This document shows positions 57,420-64,000 of a DNA stretch of 64,000 nucleotides, in pieces. Source of the DNA: an uncultured Thermococci archaeon (lineage in GTDB: Archaea > CAYQAE01 > CAYVLA01); the NCBI GenBank assembly GCA_964549615.1, contig CAZJVP010000072.1, positions 38,803 through 102,802 on the forward strand, in the 5' to 3' direction. How positions within the stretch are numbered: position 1 is the first letter of the stretch; each line of letters begins with the position of its first letter. The notes beneath the pieces were generated by a model that worked only from the letters and a program-made list of their open reading frames with translations, was not told the DNA's origin and did not search any database. The translations under genes were made by a program, and so were the position numbers.

Positions 57420-57809
57420 ATGAAGACTCCTTGTGAACTGGTTGTAAGAACGGTCCTCCCAACGGTGCGTGCCTCAATCGCCAGGGAGCTTGTGAAGGAA
57501 CACGGCATGAAGCAGAAGGAGGCAGCGCGGATACTTGGGATCACGGACGCAGCCGTAAGCCAATATCTCTCAGACAAGAGGGCGGTCAAGCGTGGCCTCC
57601 ATGCCTTCAGGTCCAAACAGTTCGATGAGCTGGTCAAACAGGCCGCCCGGGTCATCGCTTCTTCACCCGGCGAGGTGGAAACCATGAGGGCGATGTGCCT
57701 GTGCTGCTCCAGCATCAGGGCCAGCAGGCTCCTTTGCCCCCTGCACGAGGAGATTGCCCCTCAGCTCCGCAACTGCAAATACTGTCTCGAGCCACTGCCG
57801 CGCGGGTAG
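57420..57809 (+). CDS. Archaeal HTH transcriptional regulator with Cys-rich C-terminus
   Basis: MKTPCE...LP.VR..IA..L...GMKQ.EAA..LGIT.AAVSQY...KR; C-terminal CxxC...CxxH...CxxC. Confidence 0.85.
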   Translation: MKTPCELVVRTVLPTVRASIARELVKEHGMKQKEAARILGITDAAVSQYLSDKRAVKRGLHAFRSKQFDELVKQAARVIASSPGEVETMRAMCLCCSSIRASRLLCPLHEEIAPQLRNCKYCLEPLPRG

Positions 57810-57897
57810 CGTTGACGCCGAGGCGCCCGGAAATCGGAGATGGAAACGGGAAACGGAGACGAAAAGAGTTATATTGAGTTTGCCGGGAGCCGCAGCT

Positions 57898-58599
57898 ATG
57901 GAAGAGGTCCTTGTTGAGACGGCCGGCCTCTTTAAGACATACATAGAGGGGGAGAGGGGAGAGATCGTTTTCAACGCTTTGCAGAACATCACGCTCAAGA
58001 TCAAGAGGGGGGAGTTCACGAGCGTGATGGGTCCATCCGGAAGCGGGAAGACGACCCTCCTGAACATGATGAGTGGGCTGGACAGGCCCACCCAGGGAAG
58101 GGTGTGGCTCGTGGGCATCGAGACCACCAACATGCCACAGGCTGAGAAATCCAAGCTCAGGCAGAAATACTGCGGCTTCATCTTCCAGATCTACAACTTG
58201 ATTCCTATCATGAGCGCGATTGAGAACGTTGAGCTGCCACTCGTCTTCCAGAAGGTTCCCGAGGAGGAGAGGAGGAAGCGGGCGGAGGCGGTGCTTGCCA
58301 GGGTTGGCCTTGAGAAGAGAATGCATCACAGGCCAACGGAGCTGAGCGGCGGAGAACAGCAGAGGGTGGCCATCGCCCGGGCACTGGTCGTCTCACCTAA
58401 GATCATCTTCGCCGACGAGGTCACCGGGAACCTGGATACCAAAACGGGCCTTGAGATAATCGATCTTCTCTACTCCCTAAACCAGGAACAGGGGGTCACC
58501 GTCATCTTCGCCACGCACGACCCGAAGGTTCAGGACAAGTCGACGCGAACGATTTACTTGAGGGACGGAACCGTCGTTGCAGACGAGGTCAGAAAATAA
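57898..58599 (+). CDS. LolD/MacB-type ABC transporter ATP-binding protein
   Basis: Walker [42 protein letters not shown]. Confidence 0.92.
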   Translation: MEEVLVETAGLFKTYIEGERGEIVFNALQNITLKIKRGEFTSVMGPSGSGKTTLLNMMSGLDRPTQGRVWLVGIETTNMPQAEKSKLRQKYCGFIFQIYNLIPIMSAIENVELPLVFQKVPEEERRKRAEAVLARVGLEKRMHHRPTELSGGEQQRVAIARALVVSPKIIFADEVTGNLDTKTGLEIIDLLYSLNQEQGVTVIFATHDPKVQDKSTRTIYLRDGTVVADEVRK

Positions 58600-58666
58600 G
58601 ACTTCTTGATCCGCTTAACTTATCGCGCGAGAATAGAAGGTTACCGCTACTGCTTAGCACGATCCT

Positions 58667-58680
58667 CAAATTTATATAAG
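58667..58680 (+). promoter_or_regulatory. TATA promoter of the oapABC operon
   Basis: caaaTTTATATAag, implying a leader of about 100 nt before oapA. Confidence 0.55.
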
Positions 58681-58802
58681 AAAGGACCGACCGACGTCAG
58701 GAGGCCGTCTGCGAGTGCACCCCAAGCCCGCTGTTGGGTGGCTAGTGTCGCTTCCCAGCACCCGGGTCGCATCAGAGCAAGGGTCGACATGAGGGTTGAT
58801 CG

Positions 58803-59432
58803 ATGGGAATCGCCCAAAGCTTCAAACTTGCGTTCTACCGGCTGCTGAAGAAGAAGATCGAGGTAAGGCTCGGGATATACGGCCCGACGAACGTTGGGAA
58901 GACCACCCTCGCAAACAGGTTGACCCAGGACTGGGTCGGCGAAGACATGGGGCCGGTGTCCGAGATCCCCCACGAGACGAGGGAAATCCTGAAGATGGAG
59001 AGGATGCAGGTCACAAATGGTTGGAAGAAGTTCAGCGTCGATCTCATCGACACCCCGGGAATCGAGACCAAAGTTGATTTTCGAGAGTTCATGAAATACG
59101 GCCTGAGCGAGGCACAGGCAAAGAAAAGGGCTAAGGAAGCCACCCAGGGCGTCTTGGATTCCATAAGGTGGCTCGCAAACCTAGATGCGGTCGTCGTCGT
59201 AATGGATTCAACCGTGGATCCCTACACCCAAGTGAACATCACCATTCTAGGCAACTTGGAGGCCCGGAAGATACCCACGCTGATCGTCGCTAACAAGATA
59301 GACCTTCCGACCTCCTCCCCCGAAAGGATCAGGAAGGCCTTTCCCAACAAGAGGTTCGTTGCCATATCGGCGAAGAATGGGCAGAACATGGACAAGCTCT
59401 ATGAAAGCTTGTTCGACATGGTGATGCAATGA
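58803..59432 (+). CDS. oapA: Era-like small GTPase OapA/ArvA
   Basis: GIYGPTNVGKTTLANR, PHETR, DTPG, A..RAKEAT.GV, DPYTQVN, GNLEAR, ANKIDL, ISA. Confidence 0.88.
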   Translation: MGIAQSFKLAFYRLLKKKIEVRLGIYGPTNVGKTTLANRLTQDWVGEDMGPVSEIPHETREILKMERMQVTNGWKKFSVDLIDTPGIETKVDFREFMKYGLSEAQAKKRAKEATQGVLDSIRWLANLDAVVVVMDSTVDPYTQVNITILGNLEARKIPTLIVANKIDLPTSSPERIRKAFPNKRFVAISAKNGQNMDKLYESLFDMVMQ

Positions 59433-59800
59433 AGCTGAAGGTTGACTTCATCCCTTTCTCGAGCATCAGCGAGAGGGGCCCTGAGGAGAAGGTCCGGTTC
59501 CTGTTGGAGAGGGTGACGGCGGGCCGGCTAGTGGTCATCGAGGGGACGTTGGACCCTGAAGAGGAAGCCATGCTCATCGAATCCACCATGAAATCGATAA
59601 GCGACGACTTCCCGGGCATAGAGCTCTGCACCCTGACCGGCGACGAGTACAGGAAGATAGGGATGATCGAGGGATTCAAGAATCGGCTCATGAGGACGCT
59701 GGGCCACAGGAAGGGAATCGTCGTGATTGGCCCTGCTGCGCTTATCAAGGAAATCAGAAGGAGTCCCGGCATACTCTCGATGTACATGGAGACGGAGTAG
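59429..59800 (+). CDS. oapB: OapB/ArvB (DUF2073) protein
   Basis: VVIEG.L.PEEEA.LIE.TM..I..DF.GIE, G..VIGPA; ATGA overlap with oapA. Confidence 0.85.
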   Translation: MKLKVDFIPFSSISERGPEEKVRFLLERVTAGRLVVIEGTLDPEEEAMLIESTMKSISDDFPGIELCTLTGDEYRKIGMIEGFKNRLMRTLGHRKGIVVIGPAALIKEIRRSPGILSMYMETE

Positions 59801-60172
59801 ATGCGGCATCAGTGCGTTAAGTGCGGCAGGATCTACCGGAGCGAATCCAAGAACTTAATGGACGGCTGCGTCTGCGGGAGCAAGCTTTTCCTCTACCTGA
59901 GGACCCCGAAGTTAGAGGTCAAGAGAAGCCAGCTGCCCAAGAATCTTAACGGCCTGGAAGCCGAGATAAGGAAGATCCTCGGTGAGAGGATGAGCCCGGA
60001 TCAGCCGATATCCATATCCATCGAGAACCTCAGGCTCGGCAGGGACGGGGTTTACACAATTGACCTGGACTCCGTATTGAGGGGCGACCCGATCATCCTG
60101 AAGGATGGGATGGGAGTTTACTTCATCGATCTCAAGACCGTCCTCAAGAGTCCAGAGGCTGAGGCGGCTTGA
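59801..60172 (+). CDS. oapC: OapC/ArvC (DUF2072) zinc-ribbon protein
   Basis: HQCVKCG...GCVCGSKLF.Y, IEN.R...G.Y.IDL, G.Y.IDL. Confidence 0.85.
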   Translation: MRHQCVKCGRIYRSESKNLMDGCVCGSKLFLYLRTPKLEVKRSQLPKNLNGLEAEIRKILGERMSPDQPISISIENLRLGRDGVYTIDLDSVLRGDPIILKDGMGVYFIDLKTVLKSPEAEAA

Positions 60173-61881
60173 AGGTCAACAAGGTCGTCGTCGTGGATGG
60201 CTTCAGCGATCTGCCCTTCAGCCTAGGTACGCCTCCGCTCATGGGCGCGGAGGTGAGGTACCTCGCCGGGGCTTGCTGGGACCGGGACGAGAACGCAAGG
60301 GTCATCTACGTTACCTTGGACGACCTCAAGACCGGAAGGAAATCCTCCCTGTTGGACGGAGCGGACTTGGTTTTCGCGTACGCGGGCGTAAGGCAAGCGT
60401 CCCCGCTGGTGCAGCCGTCCAACGTGGTGGAGACGGGCCAGGTCTCCGACATCAGGGAGATCGCGGATTACGTCGCGTACCTTAAATGCCCAAAGATCCT
60501 GGGCGGGCCGTATGTCCTGGCCAACAATGGAAAGGTCGACGACCGGCTGGGCTTCGATGTGGTCGTGACAGGGGATCTCTCGAAGTACGCGCACGAGCTC
60601 CTTGCGGAGGGCGGCCGGATCGACAGCGTGGATCCATCGCTTCAGAGGACCAACCAGGACCTAGCAACCTACTCCCTGCATGGGGCGGGACTGGCCATCC
60701 AGAGCGCGGGATACCCCTCCTTTCTTTCGTGCGTGGTCGAGCTGTACAGGGGTTGTCCAAGCGCCTCACTGGGGGGCTGCTCATTCTGCCACGAGACGCG
60801 GTTCACGACCGTGGACTACAGGCCGGTCCAGGATGTCCTGGCGGAGATCTCCAAGCTTTCGGAACTTGGCTGCGAAAATGTCGTGCTCGAATGTCCATGT
60901 TTCTTCTCCTATTTCTCCTCCCCGACTGAGGATGGGCAGGTCAAGCTCGACCATGCTGCGATCGAGAAGCTTCTCGAGGGCGCAAGGACGGTCGCTCCGG
61001 ACCTGAAAGGCCTGCACATCGCGAACGCCAACCCAAGGACCATAGTCGAAGACCCGGAGGAGTCGGTCAAGATCCTGAAGGCGATCGTCGCGAACTGCTC
61101 GGATGCCAACTTCATCAACCTAAGGGTCATCACGTTCGACGAAGAGGTTCAGCTTCAGAACAATACGCCTGCGTCAGCGGACCAGTCTAGGAGAGCGGTC
61201 GAGATGCTGGCGGAACAGGGAAGGCCAACGGGGCCGAGCGGCCTTCCCCGCATCCTGCCCACGATCGAGTTAGTCTACGGGCTGCCGGGGGAGAGACAAA
61301 GAAGTCTCGACGTCAACCTTCGCAACCTGAGGGAGCTCGCGGATGCCGGACTCATTCGAGGCGTGATAGCTAGGCCGCTTTTTCCCATTCCGGGAACGCC
61401 GGTTTCTAAGAGGGAAGACCTGCCAAAGACCGAAGGCCTCGAAAGCCATCTGAAGGAACTGCAGGCAGTCAACCGAGCTGCCGAGGCAAGACTGATCCAG
61501 CCGGGGCAGCTGGTGAGGGAGGTCTACACCTACAGGATCCTTGGTGGCTTAGCCATGGCGAAGAAGGTCGGCGTGAACGGCCTGGAAGTACGCATCCACG
61601 GATCGTCGCAGGCGAACATCGTCCAGGACGTCCGCATCACCTCTGCGATGAGCGCCGGATTGGAAGCATTGACACAGCCACTCACGCCCAAGACGGTCTC
61701 AAGGGAGCTGCTCAGACTCATACCGGAGATGACGGACGACCGCATTGATCGGTTCATGCGGTCAAGGCCGGAGCAATCTGAGCAGTTCTACCAGCTCTTT
61801 GACGACCCGGCAGCCGCTAGGAGGGCAGCCTCCTTTTTCGAGTTCAAAGAAGATCACGCCCTAAGGGCCGAGCCCAGTTAG
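60169..61881 (+). CDS. Radical SAM protein, COG1031-like (CX7CX2C)
   Basis: VVDG..D.P..LG.PP, ELYRGC-x7-CSFC, LHIANANP, GLPGE, HhH-like C-terminus. The TTG start overlaps the oapC stop. Confidence 0.7.
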   Translation: MKVNKVVVVDGFSDLPFSLGTPPLMGAEVRYLAGACWDRDENARVIYVTLDDLKTGRKSSLLDGADLVFAYAGVRQASPLVQPSNVVETGQVSDIREIADYVAYLKCPKILGGPYVLANNGKVDDRLGFDVVVTGDLSKYAHELLAEGGRIDSVDPSLQRTNQDLATYSLHGAGLAIQSAGYPSFLSCVVELYRGCPSASLGGCSFCHETRFTTVDYRPVQDVLAEISKLSELGCENVVLECPCFFSYFSSPTEDGQVKLDHAAIEKLLEGARTVAPDLKGLHIANANPRTIVEDPEESVKILKAIVANCSDANFINLRVITFDEEVQLQNNTPASADQSRRAVEMLAEQGRPTGPSGLPRILPTIELVYGLPGERQRSLDVNLRNLRELADAGLIRGVIARPLFPIPGTPVSKREDLPKTEGLESHLKELQAVNRAAEARLIQPGQLVREVYTYRILGGLAMAKKVGVNGLEVRIHGSSQANIVQDVRITSAMSAGLEALTQPLTPKTVSRELLRLIPEMTDDRIDRFMRSRPEQSEQFYQLFDDPAAARRAASFFEFKEDHALRAEPS

Positions 61882-61889
61882 GCCGGGAG

Positions 61890-62978
61890 GTGGCTTGCGT
61901 GAGAAGAATCGGGATCGGGATGTTGGGACATAGCTGGATGGGGCGAACCCATACGCAGGCGTTCAAGGACCATGGACTGTTCTTCGAGACGGAAGTCGTG
62001 CCACGATTCGTCGGGATCTACGGTCGCGATGCCAAGTCGGTTGAACGCGACGCAAGACGCTGGGGCTACGAGTATGCCACAACGGACATCGACAAGATAC
62101 TCTCGGACGACTCGATCGACCTCGTGGTCAATGCCCTGCCGAACCACATGCACATGGAGCCCTGCATAGCAGCGGCGAAGGCCGGCAAGGACGTCGTGTG
62201 CGAGAAGCCGCTTGCGCTTAATCCGGAGCAATCCAGCAAGATGGTGGCGGCCGCCGAGAGCGCGGGCATCAAGGACCTCATGGTCTTCAACTACAGGTGG
62301 CTGCCCGCCATTCAACTCGCTAAGAGGATGATCGAGGAGGGCAAGCTCGGGAGGATACTTCAGTACAGAGGACTCTACGGGCAGTCCTGGTTGACCAGGC
62401 CAGATGCCCCGGCGGGTTGGAAGGTGCTCAGGGCATTCTCGGGAGCCGGGGTCGTTTTCGACCTCGGTTCGCACGCAGTCGATCTGGCCTTACATCTCGT
62501 GGGACCCGTAGAGGAATTGGTCGCCACGACGGAACTGTTCGTGGATGGAAGGATGAAGCCGGACGGAACACGCGCGACCCGGGAAGAGTTGGGCGAGGAG
62601 CTTGCAATGTGCATGCTCAAGTTCCAAAACGGAGCTCGTGGCACGATCGAGGTGAGCAGGGTCGCCTCAGGATTCATGAATAAGAACAGGATCGAGATAC
62701 ACGGGACCAAGGGCGCGCTCATCTTCGATCTTGAGAACCTGAATGCCCTCCAGATCTATGACTCCTCTCAGGAGAACGGCGGATTCCGGAACTACGTGGT
62801 CGATTCCCACAACGTTGGCTGGTCCCACGCGTTCATGCTGCAGGCCCATCACATGCTTGAGTGCATTCTCGAAGGAAAGCGGCCGAACCCCAACTGGTCC
62901 CACGGCCATACCGTTCAGGTCGTTATGGACAACATCCTGAAGTCGGCAAAGACCGGGCGTTGGGTCCGTGCAATGTAG
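61890..62978 (+). CDS. Gfo/Idh/MocA family oxidoreductase
   Basis: G.G.MG..H, PN..H, CEKPLA, FNYR, G.LG.I, DLGSH.VD, EIHGTKG. Confidence 0.92.
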   Translation: MACVRRIGIGMLGHSWMGRTHTQAFKDHGLFFETEVVPRFVGIYGRDAKSVERDARRWGYEYATTDIDKILSDDSIDLVVNALPNHMHMEPCIAAAKAGKDVVCEKPLALNPEQSSKMVAAAESAGIKDLMVFNYRWLPAIQLAKRMIEEGKLGRILQYRGLYGQSWLTRPDAPAGWKVLRAFSGAGVVFDLGSHAVDLALHLVGPVEELVATTELFVDGRMKPDGTRATREELGEELAMCMLKFQNGARGTIEVSRVASGFMNKNRIEIHGTKGALIFDLENLNALQIYDSSQENGGFRNYVVDSHNVGWSHAFMLQAHHMLECILEGKRPNPNWSHGHTVQVVMDNILKSAKTGRWVRAM

Positions 62979-63251
62979 ACGAGACCCACCACGTACCTGT
63001 GGTTGGAGTGGCCCCTTTGTTCGACCGCGTCCACCGAGAGGAACGAGATCCTTTTCGATGGAATGCCCAAAACGCTTGATTGGACGGAACGCACGTCCTA
63101 GTGTTCATCGTGCGTAAGGGGGCCTAGCGACTGGGAATCTAGAATTGCCGCTTCTGTGCCCGGCCGGAAAAAAGTGGATCGCTTATGCCGAATACATTTT
63201 AGAGAGTTGGTCAGGCGTGACCGTCGGGAGGAAGCGCAGACGAAACATATC

Positions 63252-64000
63252 ATGAACGTAGTCACGGGCAAGCCGATGCCCGAGTTCCTAACAGGGGTAA
63301 TCACCCCCATGTTCACGGCCTGCCACGAGGATGGGTCGCTGGACGAGGAGGGCATAAGATCCCATGTTCAGTGGCTGAAGAGATCCAAAGCCGTCACGTC
63401 CCTCTTCGTTAGGAGCGGGGTCGGCAAGATGTTCACCTTTACCCCTGAGGAGACGAGGCAGATGACCGAGATCGTCTTGGATGAGGCGGCTGGCGACATG
63501 TACGTCCTCGTGGGCTCATCGGGCGACTTCTCGAAAGGAAGGCCGAGGGAGGAGCAGTACATCCAGCAGACCATTGAGCTCAGCGAGTTTGCGCAGGAAA
63601 AAGGCGCGACGGCAGTGGTCGTGGTGTGCTTCGGGCTAGATCCGTCAGGAGACCTCGATGAGAAGATATTCAGATTCTATGAACGCCTCAACGATGCACT
63701 CAGCATCCCGATCGTGATCTACCAGCCAGGCATCACCCCTCCGCCCTTCATGATCAAGCCGAAGGTATTGAGTCGGATCGCGGAGCTTTCGAACCTCAAG
63801 GGCATGAAGTTCTCGACGAACGACATGAAGAGCTTCGGCGACATGTGCGCGGCGACGGCCGACAAGGATTTCACAATGGTCTGCGGCGCGGAAACCGCGT
63901 TCTTGCCAAGCCTCGCCCTCGGTGCTGGCGGCGTGATAGGGGAGGGCTGCAACACCTACCCGGAGCTGCTGCGCGCCATTTTTGACTTCTTCATGAGCGG
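63252..64000 (+). CDS. DapA/NanA-family class I aldolase (3'-truncated; missing from the ORF track)
   Basis: Translated by hand: GVITPMFT...DGSLDEEG...HVQWL...GA.AV...IPIVIYQ...NLKGMKFS...LGAGGVIG. The catalytic Tyr and Schiff-base Lys are present. Confidence 0.85.
   Translation, partial: MNVVTGKPMPEFLTGVITPMFTACHEDGSLDEEGIRSHVQWLKRSKAVTSLFVRSGVGKMFTFTPEETRQMTEIVLDEAAGDMYVLVGSSGDFSKGRPREEQYIQQTIELSEFAQEKGATAVVVVCFGLDPSGDLDEKIFRFYERLNDALSIPIVIYQPGITPPPFMIKPKVLSRIAELSNLKGMKFSTNDMKSFGDMCAATADKDFTMVCGAETAFLPSLALGAGGVIGEGCNTYPELLRAIFDFFMS

Noticed and set aside
58600-58802. Replication origin next to oapABC, as in haloarchaea
   Set aside because: No ORB repeats (TTCCAGTGGAA plus G-string), no extended AT-rich unwinding element, and no orc1/cdc6 gene in the window.
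1-64000. CRISPR arrays, tRNA, rRNA, RNase P RNA, transposases and integrases
   Set aside because: None was recognised by eye. A tRNAscan-SE/Infernal run would be needed to exclude small or intron-containing RNAs.

Overview
GC-rich archaeal genomic DNA, most likely from an uncultured anaerobic heterotroph. Evidence for archaea: BRE/TATA promoters, an archaeal 7S SRP RNA, an HPS-PHI fusion, oapABC/arvABC and an AOR-family gene. There are about 56 CDS: branched-chain amino-acid genes (leuA-like, ilvB, ilvH, ilvC), hypFCDE, moaD plus an AOR-family oxidoreductase, many carbohydrate-catabolic enzymes (TIM-barrel isomerases, amidohydrolases, UroD-like proteins, GH89, Gfo/Idh/MocA, a DapA-family aldolase), a KamA::ATP-grasp plus ATP-grasp::GNAT gene pair, a GHKL ATPase with a zincin motif, and four dispersed paralogs of one uncharacterised membrane-anchored family. 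The main observation: the SRP RNA (2129-2448) is enclosed by a canonical bulge-helix-bulge (BHB) splicing motif. The leuA-like gene behind it has no in-frame ATG/GTG/TTG between the SRP RNA and its conserved N-terminus, and removing the SRP RNA at the BHB sites joins an upstream GTG/TTG in frame. This suggests the SRP RNA is an intron, probably circularised, of the leuA-ilvB-ilvH pre-mRNA. No tRNA, rRNA, CRISPR array or transposase was recognised. All calls come from reading motifs by eye; no database searches were run.
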